Notes: generated by a model not told the origin, from the sequence alone. A stretch of 64,000 bases of DNA from Anaeromyxobacteraceae bacterium (GCA_032654565.1 JAULAX010000017.1:416001-480000); one strand, 5' to 3'; counted from the first letter of the stretch, positions 39,742 to 50,873 are shown. Made by a program: numbers and translations.

Positions 39742-41598
39742 TCACGCCTGGTGATCCGCGGCTTCCCGGAAGGCCGGGTCGGTGGTGGCGTGGATCACCT
39801 GGCCGGGCTTGGCCAGCGCCTTGAGCAGCCGGCCGGCGGTGCGACGCACCGTGTCCGACAGGCCGGCGAAGGCGTCCTCCAGGAGGGCCACGGAGCGGCC
39901 GGCCGCCACCCCCTGCTCCAGCAGGGCCAGCTTGAGGGCGAGGAAGACCAGATCGCGCTCGGCCGCCGGCAGGGTCATGGCGGGGACCGACCTCCCCCCG
40001 GTGACCACCTGGACGTTGCCGCGGTCGTCGGCGCTCACGCCGGTGAGCCGGTTGAGGGTGAAGCCGGCCACGGCCTGGGAGGCGCGTGGGGCCAGCCCGC
40101 GGGCCACCGAGGCCGGGCTCCCGCCCAGCTCCAGCGCCGCCCGCTCCAGCAGGCCCCGCAGCGGCTCGCCGCCAGGGGCCGCCGCCACCGGGCGCGCCGG
40201 GGTCGGGGCCACCACCGCGGGCGGGGCCTGCGGCGCCTCTGCCTCGGCCTCCACCCGGGCCAGCTCGGCCTCGACCGCCTGGACCTCGCGGACGAAGCCA
40301 CCGGCCTGCTCGGAGAGGCGGGTCTCCACCGTCCGCAGCTCCTCCTCCACCCGGGCATGCTCGGCCAGGGCGTCGGTGGTCTGCGCGTCGGTCTCCCACG
40401 CGGCCAGCTGCTGCCGGGCCTCGACCAGGCCGCGCTCGGCGTTGGCCAGCCGCTCCAGGGCGTCCTTCAGCTCGGCCGGCTTGGTGAGCCCCAGCGACCT
40501 GAGGGCCTCGTGGACCACGCCGGCGTCCCGGGCGAACTGGGCCTGCACCTTGGCCTCCCAGTCGGCGACCACCTTGCTGCGCCGCCCGATCCGGCCCCAG
40601 GCCTCGTCGGCGTCGATCCAGCGCAGGGCCACCCAGGCCGACCAGCCGAAGGCCGGGAGGTCGAGCAGCGACAGGTAGCGCAGGTCGGAGTCCCCGGCGG
40701 CCAGGCCGGCCAGCAGCAGCCCCAGGCCGCCCAGCACCCCGGCCAGGAACGGCGGCGACGTCCAGAGGGGCGCCGGGGCGCCCCGGGCCTGGGCCTCGGC
40801 GATGGCCTCACGCTCGGCGCCGATGCGCCCCTCGGCCTCGGCCCGCTTCCCCGCCGACTTCTCGAAGGCGGCGAACCTGGCCGGGACGTCCCCCAGGGTG
40901 GCCGCCACGGCGGCCACCGGCTCCAGGGCGGCCCGCTCCCCCTCCGCCGTGGCCAGCGCCTCCTGCACCCGCTGGCCGCTCTTCAGGGCCTCCTCCAGCT
41001 TGAAGAGGCGGGACTGGGCGTGGTCGAGCTGCTCCTGCAGCTTCTCGGCGACCCGCGCCTTCTCCAGTTCGCCGCGCAGCTCCTCGACGCGCTTGCGCGC
41101 CTGCTGGCCGCTGAGCACCGGGCGCGCCGCCGACGGCAGGGCCGGCCCGCTGGCCAGCACGGCGCCGGCCTTGGAGGGGAGCTCGGCGGTGGCGATGGAG
41201 AGCAGCGCCGCCAGCCGCGCCGCCGAGGGGACGCCGACGGGCGCCCGCAGCAGCTGGGCGATCTCGGCCAGGTCCTGGGACACCGGCGCGAAGGCCCGCC
41301 GCTCCGGATCGAAGCGGTGGAGCTGGCAGCCGGCGCCGAAGTCGCGCACCAGCCGGTAGGTGACCCGGTCGTCCCCGACCAGGGTCAGGCCGGCGCGCAC
41401 CGGCCCGCCGCCGGTGGCGCCCTGGGCGCGCGCCAGGGCCTCGGAGTCGCCGGGGCTGGGGTAGAGCAGGGCCTCGAGCAGCCGGCGCAGGGCGGCCCCG
41501 TCGGCCGCCACCACGTTGTAACCCGGACGCAACGTGGCGCGGCCGCCGGTGGGGGCCACGCCACGGATTCCCTGGGCTGCAAACTCGAGGAGGAGCAC
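39742..41598 (-). CDS. SMC/Rad50/YhaN-like coiled-coil protein with degenerate ATPase motifs and a central TM hairpin
   Basis: N-term LLEFAAQGIRG...LRPGYNVV (Walker A missing); long coiled coils; TLPAAERDLVFLALKLAL, LLEDAF, QVIHAT. Confidence 0.7.
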   Translation of the reverse strand: MLLLEFAAQGIRGVAPTGGRATLRPGYNVVAADGAALRRLLEALLYPSPGDSEALARAQGATGGGPVRAGLTLVGDDRVTYRLVRDFGAGCQLHRFDPERRAFAPVSQDLAEIAQLLRAPVGVPSAARLAALLSIATAELPSKAGAVLASGPALPSAARPVLSGQQARKRVEELRGELEKARVAEKLQEQLDHAQSRLFKLEEALKSGQRVQEALATAEGERAALEPVAAVAATLGDVPARFAAFEKSAGKRAEAEGRIGAEREAIAEAQARGAPAPLWTSPPFLAGVLGGLGLLLAGLAAGDSDLRYLSLLDLPAFGWSAWVALRWIDADEAWGRIGRRSKVVADWEAKVQAQFARDAGVVHEALRSLGLTKPAELKDALERLANAERGLVEARQQLAAWETDAQTTDALAEHARVEEELRTVETRLSEQAGGFVREVQAVEAELARVEAEAEAPQAPPAVVAPTPARPVAAAPGGEPLRGLLERAALELGGSPASVARGLAPRASQAVAGFTLNRLTGVSADDRGNVQVVTGGRSVPAMTLPAAERDLVFLALKLALLEQGVAAGRSVALLEDAFAGLSDTVRRTAGRLLKALAKPGQVIHATTDPAFREAADHQA

Positions 41599-41655
41599 GC
41601 CCGTCGATGGTAGCGCCGCCGCCCTCCAACTGGAAGCGGGGCGCCCGGCGAAATG

Positions 41656-42039
41656 CTACGCCGGCCCGGGGACGGGAGCCGCCACGCCGGCGCCCTCGTC
41701 GTGGGTGAGGCGGGCCGCCTTGCCCTTGAGGTCGCGCAGGTAGAAGAGGCGGGAGCGGCGGACGTCGCCGTGGTTCACCACCTCGATCTTGTCGATGCGC
41801 GGGCTGTGGGTGGGGAAGATGCGCTCCACCCCGACGCCGTAGCTCACCTTGCGGACCGTGAAGTTGCCGCGGGGGCCGCCCTCGCGCTTGGCGATGATCA
41901 CGCCCTCGAAGATCTGGATGCGCTCCTTGTCGCCTTCCTTGATCTTGGTGTGGACCTTCACCTGGTCGCCCGCACGCAGCGCGGGGACGTTGGACTTCGT
42001 GTACTTCGCCTCGATGAGGGCAATCGCGTTACGCAGCAT
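41656..42039 (-). CDS. rplS: 50S ribosomal protein L19
   Basis: [37 protein letters not shown]. Confidence 0.97.
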   Translation of the reverse strand: MLRNAIALIEAKYTKSNVPALRAGDQVKVHTKIKEGDKERIQIFEGVIIAKREGGPRGNFTVRKVSYGVGVERIFPTHSPRIDKIEVVNHGDVRRSRLFYLRDLKGKAARLTHDEGAGVAAPVPGPA

Positions 42040-42068
42040 GGCCTGTCCTTCTCCTTGGAACCGCTCTT

Positions 42069-42815
42069 CTACAACTCGTCGTCGCCAGAGTCGAGGAGGA
42101 GTCTATCCTCCTCCGTCAGCCGGGCCCCCTCGAGGAGGTCCGGCCGTCGCTGCCGGGTGACGCGCAGCGCCTCGCGCCGCCGCCACCGCTCGATCCTCCG
42201 GTGGTCCCCCGAGAGGAGGATCTCCGGCACGCCCTGTCCCCGGAACACCGGGGGGCGGGTGTAGTGGGGGTGCTCGAGCACCCCGTCCAGCCCCGCGAAA
42301 CTCTCTTCTCCGGCCGAGGCCTCGTTGCCGAGCACCCCGGGCACCAGCCGCGCGGCCGCATCCACCACGCACAGCGCCGCCAGCTCCCCGCCGGTCAGCA
42401 CGAAGTCGCCGACCGACACCTCCAGGTCGATCGAGCCCAGCACACGCTCGTCGACGCCCTCGTACCGCCCGCAGACCAGGATGAGCCGCCCGTGCCCGGC
42501 CAGCCTCCTCGCCAGCCCCTGGTCGAAGCGGGCGCCGCGCGGGCTCATCAGCACCGCCAGCGCCCCGGGCAGCCGGCCCCTGGCCGCCTCGATGGCGGCG
42601 GTGAGCGGCTCGGGCTTCATCACCATGCCCGCCCCGCCGCCGTACGGCGCGTCGTCGGCGACCCGGTGCTTGCCCTCGGCGTGCTCGCGGATGTCCTCCA
42701 CCCGCACCGCGAGGAGCCCGCTCTCCTGCGCCTTCCCGAGGATGCTCTCCCCCAGGTACCCCGCGCACATGCGCGGAAACAGCGTCAGGATCTCGACCTC
42801 CAGCTTGGTTGCCAC
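42069..42815 (-). CDS. trmD: tRNA (guanine-37-N1)-methyltransferase
   Basis: [40 protein letters not shown]. Confidence 0.97.
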   Translation of the reverse strand: MATKLEVEILTLFPRMCAGYLGESILGKAQESGLLAVRVEDIREHAEGKHRVADDAPYGGGAGMVMKPEPLTAAIEAARGRLPGALAVLMSPRGARFDQGLARRLAGHGRLILVCGRYEGVDERVLGSIDLEVSVGDFVLTGGELAALCVVDAAARLVPGVLGNEASAGEESFAGLDGVLEHPHYTRPPVFRGQGVPEILLSGDHRRIERWRRREALRVTRQRRPDLLEGARLTEEDRLLLDSGDDEL

Positions 42816-42830
42816 GCCACCACCTCGTCC

Positions 42831-43343
42831 TCAGGAACCTTGCCCTCCTCCCGGCCCGTCCAGCAACCCGGCCGGCGGGTCCACCACGATTCGCTTCGCC
42901 TCCAGGTCCACCTCGACGTAGGGGGCGAGCGGGATGAGCGCCTCGCCCCTCGGGCCGGTCACCACCAGCACGTCCACGCCGCCGGTCTCGTACAGCCCGG
43001 TCACCGTGCCCACCACCTCGCCGCTCACCGTCACCACCGGCAGGCCCTCGAGGTCGGACCAGTAGTGGCTCCCCTCCCCGGCCTCGCCCAGTTCGTCCCG
43101 CTCCGCCAGCACCGTCGAGCCGACCAGCCCCTCGGCGGCGGTCCGGTCGGAGATCCCCTCCAGCAGCACCGCCCAGAGCTTGCCCTGGGGCCTGGCCTCC
43201 AGCACCGCCAGGCGTCGCTGCTGCCCGGCCCGCTCCAGCACCACCTGGCCCAGCCGGGCCAGCCCTCCGTCCGTGCCGCCCACCCCGACGAAGCCCTTGA
43301 GCCCCACCGCCCGCGCCACCCTGCCGATGGAGACCAGCGGCAT
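42831..43343 (-). CDS. rimM: 16S rRNA processing protein RimM
   Basis: IGRVARAVGLKG, YWSDLEGL, ETGGVDVLVV; operon position. Confidence 0.92.
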   Translation of the reverse strand: MPLVSIGRVARAVGLKGFVGVGGTDGGLARLGQVVLERAGQQRRLAVLEARPQGKLWAVLLEGISDRTAAEGLVGSTVLAERDELGEAGEGSHYWSDLEGLPVVTVSGEVVGTVTGLYETGGVDVLVVTGPRGEALIPLAPYVEVDLEAKRIVVDPPAGLLDGPGGGQGS

Positions 43344-43346
43344 GGC

Positions 43347-43577
43347 TCAGTCGAGGATGTCGAGCACCGCGCGCCGGCCCTGCAGGCGGGCCGCGGTGTC
43401 GAGCACGGTGCGGAAGGCCTTGGCGGTGCGGCCGCCTCGCCCGATGACGCGCCCCAGGTCGTCGGGGGCCACCGTGAGCTCGAAGACCGTCGAGCGATCG
43501 CGCTCGATGGTCTCCACGGTCACGGCGTCCTGGTCTTCGACCAGCTCACGGGCCAGCCAGAGGACGAGGTCGCGCAC
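43347..43577 (-). CDS. khpA: KH-domain RNA-binding protein
   Basis: DDLGRVIGRGGRTAKAFR; between rpsP and rimM. Confidence 0.92.
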   Translation of the reverse strand: MRDLVLWLARELVEDQDAVTVETIERDRSTVFELTVAPDDLGRVIGRGGRTAKAFRTVLDTAARLQGRRAVLDILD

Positions 43578-43591
43578 CGCCGCACCGGGCC

Positions 43592-43852
43592 TTACTTCGC
43601 GGCGACGGGCTTGGCCAGCTTGACCCGCTTGAGGAGCATCGCCACCGTCTGGCTGGGACGCGCCCCGGCGGCCAGCCAGTGCTGGACCCGCTCGGCCTTG
43701 AACTGGATGAGCGCCGGCTTCCGGGTCGGGTCGTACATCCCGACGTCCTCGAGGTACTTGCCGTCGCGCGGCTTGCGCGAGTCGGTCGCCACCACGTGAT
43801 AGAAGGGCGCCTTGTGCGTTCCCGCACGCGACAGCCGCAGAACAACCGCCAT
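43592..43852 (-). CDS. rpsP: 30S ribosomal protein S16
   Basis: MAVVLRLSRAGTHKAPFYHVVATDSRKPRDG. Confidence 0.97.
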   Translation of the reverse strand: MAVVLRLSRAGTHKAPFYHVVATDSRKPRDGKYLEDVGMYDPTRKPALIQFKAERVQHWLAAGARPSQTVAMLLKRVKLAKPVAAK

Positions 43853-43902
43853 GTGAACCTCACTCCTCGGGCCGCGCGCTGGCGGGCTCCGAATAACGAC
43901 CG

Positions 43903-44340
43903 CTACTCCGCGGCCTTCTTGGTCTTGGCCTTCGTGGTCTTGGCCTTGGGGCCCTTGGCGTCGCCCTCGGGCTCGGCCTCCGGGGTCCGATCGACCAGCT
44001 CGATCACCGACATCTCGGCGTTGTCGCCGGCCCGGCGCCCCACCTTGATGATGCGGGTGTAGCCGCCCGGGCGGGTCTTGAAGCGCTCGGCCACGGGGCC
44101 GAACAGCTTCACCAGCACCTCGACGTCCTTGATGTCGCGGTTGAGGAGCCGGCGGGCGTGGGGGGTGGCGCGCTTGGCCATGCTGATCGCCTTGTCGGCG
44201 ATCCGCTTCAGCTCCTTGGCCTTGGGCGTGGTGGTGACGATCTTCTCGTGACGGATCAGCGAGGTCACCATGTTCTTGAACATGGCCGTCCGGTGCTCGG
44301 TGGTGCGATCGAGGCGGCGGCCGACAATCCGATGCTTCAT
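43903..44340 (-). CDS. rplQ: 50S ribosomal protein L17
   Basis: [33 protein letters not shown]. Confidence 0.97.
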   Translation of the reverse strand: MKHRIVGRRLDRTTEHRTAMFKNMVTSLIRHEKIVTTTPKAKELKRIADKAISMAKRATPHARRLLNRDIKDVEVLVKLFGPVAERFKTRPGGYTRIIKVGRRAGDNAEMSVIELVDRTPEAEPEGDAKGPKAKTTKAKTKKAAE

Positions 44341-44367
44341 CTGGTTCTTCCTTTCGGACCCGAGGCC

Positions 44368-45387
44368 CTAGACCTTCGGCGCGACCGGGGCGGTCTTCGG
44401 CGGCCAGTTCTCGAGCTTCATCCCGAGCGAGAGGCCCATCTCGGCGAGGATTTCCTTGATTTCCTTCAGCGACTTCCGGCCGAAGTTCTTGGTCTTCAGC
44501 ATCTCGGCCTCGGTCTTCTGCACCAGGTCGCCGATGGTCTTGATGTTGGCGTTCTGGAGGCAGTTGGCGCTGCGGACCGAGAGCTCCAGCTCGTCCACCG
44601 AGCGGAAGAGGTTCTCGTTGAGCTTGTGCTCCTCCACCGGCTTCACCTCCTCGACGGGCTCTTCGGTCTCGTCGAAGTTGATGAAGATGGAGAGCTGCTC
44701 CTTGATGATCTTGGCGGCGAAGGCCACGGCGTCGGCCGGGGTCACCGAGCCGTCGGTCCAGACCTCCAGGGTCAGCTTGTCGTAGTCGGTCTGCTGGCCG
44801 ACGCGGGCGTTGGTGACCTGGTAGTTGACCTTGCGGATGGGGCTGAAGAGGGCGTCGATGGGGATGGTGCCGAGCGGGGCGCCGGGGACCTTGTTCTTGT
44901 CCGCCGACACGTAGCTGCGGCCGCGGCGGGCGGTCATCTCCATCCGGACCCGGCCACCCTCGCTGATGGTGAGGATGTGGTGCCCGGGGTTGAGCACCTC
45001 GACCTGGCCGTCGGCGATGATGTCGCCGGCCTTGATCTCCTTGGGGCCGTCCGCCTCGATCCGGATCGTCTTCACCTCGTTGGTGTGGATCTGGAGCAGG
45101 ACCTCCTTGAGGTTGAGGATGATGTCGGTGACGTCCTCGGCGACCTCGGGGATGGTCATGAACTCGTGCTCCACCCCCTCGACCTTGATCGAGGTGATGG
45201 CGGCGCCCTGCAGGCTCGAGAGGAGCACGCGGCGCAGGGTGTTGCCGAGCGTGATGCCGAAGCCGCGCTCGAGCGGCTCGGCCACGAACTTGCCGTAGGT
45301 GTTGGAGAGGGACTCCTGGTCGATGGTCAAGCCGCGGGGCTTGATGAGATCGCGCCAGTTCCTGGTGGTGATCGCGTCGGACGCCAT
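44368..45387 (-). CDS. rpoA: RNA polymerase alpha subunit
   Basis: [43 protein letters not shown]. Confidence 0.98.
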   Translation of the reverse strand: MASDAITTRNWRDLIKPRGLTIDQESLSNTYGKFVAEPLERGFGITLGNTLRRVLLSSLQGAAITSIKVEGVEHEFMTIPEVAEDVTDIILNLKEVLLQIHTNEVKTIRIEADGPKEIKAGDIIADGQVEVLNPGHHILTISEGGRVRMEMTARRGRSYVSADKNKVPGAPLGTIPIDALFSPIRKVNYQVTNARVGQQTDYDKLTLEVWTDGSVTPADAVAFAAKIIKEQLSIFINFDETEEPVEEVKPVEEHKLNENLFRSVDELELSVRSANCLQNANIKTIGDLVQKTEAEMLKTKNFGRKSLKEIKEILAEMGLSLGMKLENWPPKTAPVAPKV

Positions 45388-45520
45388 GGGCTGTCTCCTC
45401 TGCCGCCGCCCCCTCCCCGGCACCGCCCAGCCTGGCGGTTCGGGGCACCGTGGGACGCGCGGCCGTTGACGGCGCGGGGCCGGCCTGCGCCGGACCCACG
45501 TCGTGTTGGAACGGCTGCTG

Positions 45521-46147
45521 CTACTTCGAGTACAGCTCGACGATCAGCTGCTCCTGGATGGGCATGGTGATGTCCTCGCGCGCCGGCGAGGTCTTCACGG
45601 TGCCCTTCTGGGCGGCCTTGTCCAGCTCGAGCCACGCCGGCACGCCGCGGCGGTCCACCGCCTCGAGCGCCTCGACGATGCGCGCCACCTTCTTGGAGCG
45701 CTCCTTCAGCTCCACCACGTCGCCGACCCGGCAGACGTAGCTGGCGATGTTGACCTTGCGGCCGTTCACCCTGAAGTGGCCGTGGCGGACCAGCTGCCGG
45801 GCCTCGTTGCGGGTGTCGGCGAAGCCCATGCGGAAGACCACGTTGTCGAGCCGGAGCTCGAGGGCCTGCAGCAGGTTCTCGCCGGTCTTGCCCTTGGAGG
45901 CGGCGGCGTTGGCGTAGGCGTGCCGGAAGCCGGCCTCGAGGAGGCCGTACATCCGCTTCACCTTCTGCTTCTCGCGGAGCTGGACGCCGTACTCGGAGAA
46001 CTTGACGCGCCCCTGGCCGTGCTGGCCGGGCGGGTACGGGCGGCGCTCGATGGCGCACTTGTCCGTGTAGCAGCGGTCGCCCTTGAGGTACATCTTGAGA
46101 TTTTCCCGGCGGCAAAGCCGGCAGACGCTTTCACAGTAACGGGCCAC
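45521..46147 (-). CDS. rpsD: 30S ribosomal protein S4 (Zn-ribbon form)
   Basis: CRLCRRE...[28 protein letters not shown]. Confidence 0.98.
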   Translation of the reverse strand: MARYCESVCRLCRRENLKMYLKGDRCYTDKCAIERRPYPPGQHGQGRVKFSEYGVQLREKQKVKRMYGLLEAGFRHAYANAAASKGKTGENLLQALELRLDNVVFRMGFADTRNEARQLVRHGHFRVNGRKVNIASYVCRVGDVVELKERSKKVARIVEALEAVDRRGVPAWLELDKAAQKGTVKTSPAREDITMPIQEQLIVELYSK

Positions 46148-46160
46148 GGTGTTCTCCTGA

Positions 46161-46673
46161 TCAGACGCGACGGCGCTTGGGCGGCCGGCAGCCGTTGTGC
46201 GGGATCGGGGTGACGTCCCGGATGAGCGAGATCTTGAGGCCGGCGGCGGCCAGCGCGCGGAGCGCCGACTCGCGACCGGCGCCCGGACCGGTCACCACCA
46301 CCGAGACGCTCTTCAGGCCGTGCTCCATGGCCTTGGCGGCGGCGTCACCGGCGGCGACCTGCGCGGCGAACGGGGTCGACTTGCGCGACCCCTTGAAACC
46401 ACGAGCCCCGGCGCTGGACCAGGAGATGACGTTCCCGGTGGCATCGGTGATGGTGATCATGGTGTTGTTGAAGCTGGCGGCGATGTGCACGATGCCGCTG
46501 GCGATGTTCTTCTTGACCCGCTTCTTCCCCTTCTTCGGGGTCACGGGTGAGGCGGTGATGGGCTCGATGCCGCCCAGGTTCGGGACCGAGGGGATGCTCT
46601 CCTCGGCCTTGGGCGCCGCGGCCACTTCCGGCTTCTTGGCGGGCTTCTCGGTCGTCTGCTTCTCGTCGGCCAC
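46161..46673 (-). CDS. rpsK: 30S ribosomal protein S11 with N-terminal extension
   Basis: [36 protein letters not shown]. Confidence 0.97.
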   Translation of the reverse strand: MADEKQTTEKPAKKPEVAAAPKAEESIPSVPNLGGIEPITASPVTPKKGKKRVKKNIASGIVHIAASFNNTMITITDATGNVISWSSAGARGFKGSRKSTPFAAQVAAGDAAAKAMEHGLKSVSVVVTGPGAGRESALRALAAAGLKISLIRDVTPIPHNGCRPPKRRRV

Positions 46674-46703
46674 TCGTCGTTCTCCGATGATTGAAAGGCG
46701 CTG

Positions 46704-47093
46704 CTACTTCGGCGCCGGCGCCGCGGTGGGGGCCTTGCGGACCAGCCCCTTCTTCGGGCCCTTGCGCGTGCGGGCGTTGGTGTGGGTGCGCTGGCCGCGG
46801 ACTGGCAGCCCCTTGCGGTGACGAAGGCCGCGGTAGCAGCCGAGGTCCATGAGCCGCTTGATGTTCATCGAGATCTCGCGGCGGAGGTCGCCCTCCACCT
46901 TGAGCGACTGCTCGATGGCCTCGCGGATGCGCCGGACCTCGTCGTCGGTCAGGTCCTTGGTGCGGGTGGTGACGTCGACCTTGGCGCGGTCGCAGAGCGC
47001 CGCCGCCGTGGTCCGACCGATCCCGTAGATGTACTGCAGGCTGACCTCGATCCGCTTTTCGCGGGGCAGGTCGACGCCGGAGATGCGAGCCAT
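46704..47093 (-). CDS. rpsM: 30S ribosomal protein S13
   Basis: [36 protein letters not shown]. Confidence 0.98.
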   Translation of the reverse strand: MARISGVDLPREKRIEVSLQYIYGIGRTTAAALCDRAKVDVTTRTKDLTDDEVRRIREAIEQSLKVEGDLRREISMNIKRLMDLGCYRGLRHRKGLPVRGQRTHTNARTRKGPKKGLVRKAPTAAPAPK

Positions 47094-47119
47094 TCTTCTA
47101 ACTCCAGTCTGGCGCCGGG

Positions 47120-47236
47120 CTAACCCTGGCGCTGCTTGTGACGGGGGTTGGCCGGGCAGATGATCCGCACGGTGCCCTTGCGCTTGATGACCTTGCACTT
47201 GTCGCAAATCTTCTTGACCGACGCGCGGACCTTCAT
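47120..47236 (-). CDS. rpmJ: 50S ribosomal protein L36
   Basis: [38 protein letters not shown]. Confidence 0.97.
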   Translation of the reverse strand: MKVRASVKKICDKCKVIKRKGTVRIICPANPRHKQRQG

Positions 47237-47400
47237 GACCGACGCCTCCCTGGACTGCGCCATCGAAAGACGAAAAGCCCCGCCGCAGCTTCCGGCGAGA
47301 CCGGTGGTGAGAGCCTCCGCGCCCTCGACACCAAACCACCCGATATTCTCCGGGATTTCCCGGACGAGCCGCATCCTTCACGCGGCTTTGCGGAGGCGGC

Positions 47401-47429
47401 TCTTTAACACAGGGTTTTTTCAGGTGCAA
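47401..47429 (-). promoter_or_regulatory. Sigma70-type promoter for the rpmJ-alpha operon
   Basis: Minus strand TTGCAC-17 nt-TAAAGA with extended TG, in an AT-rich patch about 165 nt upstream of rpmJ. Confidence 0.55.
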
Positions 47430-47464
47430 GCGACGGCCTTGAACCAGGAATCAACCCACGCTTC

Positions 47465-48271
47465 TCAGCTCACTCCTCCGCCCGCCCCCGGACCGGTCGA
47501 CGGCGGCAAGGTCAGGATTTCCGGACCATTTTCGGTGACGAGCACCGTGTGCTCGAAATGTGCGGAGAGTCGGCCGTCGACGGTGAACGCGGTCCACCCA
47601 TCCTCCCGGGTGTCGACCTCGCAGCGCCCGGCGTTGACCATGGGCTCGATGGCCAGGGCCATCCCGGCCCGCAGGCGCGGCCCCGTTCCGGGGGTGCCGA
47701 AGTTGGGGATCTGGGGCGGCTCGTGGAGCCGGCGGCCGATGCCGTGGCCGACGAAGTCGCGCACCACCGAGAACCCCTCGGCCTCGACGCGGCGTTGCAC
47801 CGCGGCCCCCAGGTCCCCCACCCGCCGCTCCGGCCGGGCCTCGTCGATGGCCGCCGCCAGGGCGTCCCGGGTGGTCTGGAGCAGCCGCAGGGCCTCCTCG
47901 CTCACCGCGCCGACCGGCACGGTGACGGCGGCGTCGCCGTAGAAGCCGTCGAGCACCACGCCGAAGTCGAGGCCGACCAGGTCGCCCTCGCGGAGCACCC
48001 GCCGCGACGAGGGGATGCCGTGCACCACCTCCTCGTTCACCGAGGCGCACAGCGAGGCCGGGTAGCCGTGGTAGCCCTTGAAGGCCGGCTCGGCGCCGCG
48101 CCGGCGCGCCCCCGCCTCGGCCAGCCTGTCGAGCTCCAGCGTGGTCACCCCGGGGGCCACGGCCGCGCGCAGCTCGGCCAGCACCTCGGCCACCACCCGG
48201 CAGGCGGCCCGCAGCCGCACGATCTCGTCGGGCGACTTCACGACGATCCGCTCGTCCGAGTGGGAGTACAT
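47465..48271 (-). CDS. map: Methionine aminopeptidase type I
   Basis: CASVNEEVVHGIP, GHGIG, AIEPM, SAHFEHT. Confidence 0.96.
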   Translation of the reverse strand: MYSHSDERIVVKSPDEIVRLRAACRVVAEVLAELRAAVAPGVTTLELDRLAEAGARRRGAEPAFKGYHGYPASLCASVNEEVVHGIPSSRRVLREGDLVGLDFGVVLDGFYGDAAVTVPVGAVSEEALRLLQTTRDALAAAIDEARPERRVGDLGAAVQRRVEAEGFSVVRDFVGHGIGRRLHEPPQIPNFGTPGTGPRLRAGMALAIEPMVNAGRCEVDTREDGWTAFTVDGRLSAHFEHTVLVTENGPEILTLPPSTGPGAGGGVS

Positions 48272-48289
48272 GAACTGGTGGTGAAGTCC

Positions 48290-48934
48290 CTACCGGGCCA
48301 GGCGGCGGCGGGTCTCGGCGAGGATGGCGTCGGGGGCCCCGAGCCCGTCCAGCTCGACGACCTGGCCGCGGGCGGCGTAGTAGGCCTTGAGCGGCGCCGT
48401 CTTGGCGGCGTACTCCTGCATGCGGGTCCGGACCTTCTCCGGCTTGTCGTCCTCGCGCTGCACCAGCGCCACGCCGTCCTTGTCGCAGGCGCCGGCGGCG
48501 CGGGGCGGGTTCTGGGTGACGTGGTAGACGGCGCCGCAGGCCGGGCAGGAGCGCCGGCCGCCGATGCGCTCCACCAGGGCGTCCTCGGAGACCTCGTAGG
48601 AGAGCGCCGCGCCCACGCTGCGACCCAGCCTGGCCAGCAGGCCGTCGAGGTGCCCGGCCTGCCCCACGGTGCGGGGGTAGCCGTCGAGGATGCAGCCGGG
48701 CGCCACGTCGGGGCGGGCCAGCCGCTCGTCGACCATGGCGTTGGTGATGTCGTCGGTGACCAGCCCGCCGGCGTCCATGATGGCCTGGACCTGCTTGCCG
48801 AGCTCCGTTCCGCGGGCCTTCTGGTCGCGGAACATGTCGCCGGTGGAGATGTGGGGGATGGAGAGGGCCGAGGCCAGCAGCTTGGCCTGCGTGCCCTTCC
48901 CGGCGCCGGGCGGCCCGAGCAGGATCAGGATCAC
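48290..48934 (-). CDS. adk: Adenylate kinase
   Basis: GPPGAGKGTQ, HISTGDMFR, LDGYPRT, LID with CPAC. Confidence 0.97.
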   Translation of the reverse strand: MILILLGPPGAGKGTQAKLLASALSIPHISTGDMFRDQKARGTELGKQVQAIMDAGGLVTDDITNAMVDERLARPDVAPGCILDGYPRTVGQAGHLDGLLARLGRSVGAALSYEVSEDALVERIGGRRSCPACGAVYHVTQNPPRAAGACDKDGVALVQREDDKPEKVRTRMQEYAAKTAPLKAYYAARGQVVELDGLGAPDAILAETRRRLAR

Positions 48935-48983
48935 GTGGACTCCCTGGTGATGCCGCCGGTGCCCGGGAGCGGGCCCGGCCGGA

Positions 48984-50318
48984 TCAGGCGCTGGCGGGCT
49001 GGTCGGCCCCGAGGCGGCGGCCGCGGATGCGGGGGCCGCGTGGACCGGTGAACCCCTCGTAGTGCCGGGTGATGAGGTGCCCCTCGATCTGCTGGACGGT
49101 GTCGAGGGCCACGCCGACCACGATGAGCAGCGAGGTGCCGCCGAAGTAGAAGGTGACGCCGAACTCGTTGGTGATGATGGTCGGCAGCACGCAGATGGCC
49201 GCCAGGTACATGGCCCCGCCGAAGGTGATACGCGACAGGACGTGGTCGATGTAGGTGGCGGTGTTCTTGCCCGGCCGGATGCCCGGGATGTAGCCGCCGT
49301 TCTTCTTCAGGTTGTCGGCCACGTCGACCGGGTTGAAGGTCACCGCCGTGTAGAAGTAGGCGAAGAAGATGATCAGCCCGACGTAGATGACGTTGTAGAT
49401 CCAGGTGCCCGGCGAGAGGGCCGCCTGCAGCGCCCCCAGGAAGGGGAACCAGCCGGCCAGGGTGGCCGGGAAGAGCAGCAGCGAGCTGGCGAAGATGGGC
49501 GGGATGACGCCGGAGGTGTTGACCTTGAGCGGCAGGTGCGTCGACTGGCCGCCGTAGGCCTTCCGGCCCACCACCCGCTTGGCGTACTGGATGGGGATGC
49601 GGCGCTGGCCGCGCTCCACGAAGACGATGACGCCGATCACCACCATCATGACGATGGCGAGGATCAGCAGGCCGAGCTCGCTGACCTGCGACCCGGGGGC
49701 CCGGTAGGCCATGAAGGTCTCGTAGGCCGCGGCCGGGACGCGGGCCACGATGCCGGCGAAGATCACCAGCGAGATGCCGTTGCCGATGCCCCGCTCGGTG
49801 ATCTGCTCGCCCATCCACATGATGAAGGCGGTGCCGGCGGCCAGCGACACCATGGTCATGAGGCGGAAGCCCCAGCCCGGCTCGGCGACCACCGAGAGGC
49901 CGGTGGAGTCGCGAAGCGTCTCCAGGTAGGTGGAGATGCCGTAGCCCTGGATGGCCGAGAGCACCACCGTGCCGTAGCGGGTGTACTGGGTGATCTTGCG
50001 CCGCCCCAGCTCCCCTTCCTTCTGCAGCTTCTCCAGGGCCGGGACCACCACCGTGAGCAGCTGGAGGATGATCGAGGCGGAGACGTACGGCATGATGCCG
50101 AGGGCGAAGATGGAGAGCTGCTCCAGGGCGCCGCCGGAGAAGAAGTTGAGGAGGCCGAGCAGGCTGCCCTGCGAGACCACCCGGCGCATGGCGATGCGAT
50201 CGACGCCCGGGGTGGTCACGAAGATGCCGAGCCGGTAGACGGCCAGCATCCCCAGCGAGAAGAGGAGCCGCTTCCGCAGCTCTGGAATGCGGAAGATGTT
50301 GGTCAGCCCGCTTGCCAT
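48984..50318 (-). CDS. secY: Preprotein translocase SecY
   Basis: [43 protein letters not shown]. Confidence 0.98.
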   Translation of the reverse strand: MASGLTNIFRIPELRKRLLFSLGMLAVYRLGIFVTTPGVDRIAMRRVVSQGSLLGLLNFFSGGALEQLSIFALGIMPYVSASIILQLLTVVVPALEKLQKEGELGRRKITQYTRYGTVVLSAIQGYGISTYLETLRDSTGLSVVAEPGWGFRLMTMVSLAAGTAFIMWMGEQITERGIGNGISLVIFAGIVARVPAAAYETFMAYRAPGSQVSELGLLILAIVMMVVIGVIVFVERGQRRIPIQYAKRVVGRKAYGGQSTHLPLKVNTSGVIPPIFASSLLLFPATLAGWFPFLGALQAALSPGTWIYNVIYVGLIIFFAYFYTAVTFNPVDVADNLKKNGGYIPGIRPGKNTATYIDHVLSRITFGGAMYLAAICVLPTIITNEFGVTFYFGGTSLLIVVGVALDTVQQIEGHLITRHYEGFTGPRGPRIRGRRLGADQPASA

Positions 50319-50346
50319 TTCGGATCCCCTGTCCCCGGCCCCGGTG

Positions 50347-50844
50347 CTAGGCCTTGGCCTTGGCGGCCTTCTTCTCGGCCTTGGACTTCTCGTGCTTGGT
50401 CACCGGCGCCGGCACCAGCTCCACGGTGCCGCCGGCCTTCTCGATGATGGCGCGCGCGCCGGCGGTGACCCGCTCGACCTTGACGGTGACCTTGCTGGTC
50501 AGCTCGCCGCCGCCCAGCACCACCACGCCGTCGAACCGGCCGCGGACCAGCTTGGCGGCCTTGAGGGCCGCCTCGTCGACGACCCCGGTGAGCCCCTGCA
50601 GCGAGCCGACCTGGACCTCGGCGTACTCGCGCCGGAAGACGTTGGTGAACCCGAACTTGGGCAGGCGACGCTGCAGCGGCATCTGGCCGCCTTCGAAGCC
50701 TTCGAAGCGCATGTTGCCGGTGCGGGCCTTCTGGCCCTTGGCGCCGCGGCCGGCGGTCTTGCCGAGGCCGGAGCCCTGGCCACGACCCACGCGCTTGCGG
50801 ACCTTGGTGGCGCCCTTGGGCACCTTCAGCGAATTGAGGGACAT
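50347..50844 (-). CDS. rplO: 50S ribosomal protein L15
   Basis: [34 protein letters not shown]. Confidence 0.97.
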   Translation of the reverse strand: MSLNSLKVPKGATKVRKRVGRGQGSGLGKTAGRGAKGQKARTGNMRFEGFEGGQMPLQRRLPKFGFTNVFRREYAEVQVGSLQGLTGVVDEAALKAAKLVRGRFDGVVVLGGGELTSKVTVKVERVTAGARAIIEKAGGTVELVPAPVTKHEKSKAEKKAAKAKA

Positions 50845-50873
50845 GAGGGTTCTCCTTCTAGCACGGGGCCGCG

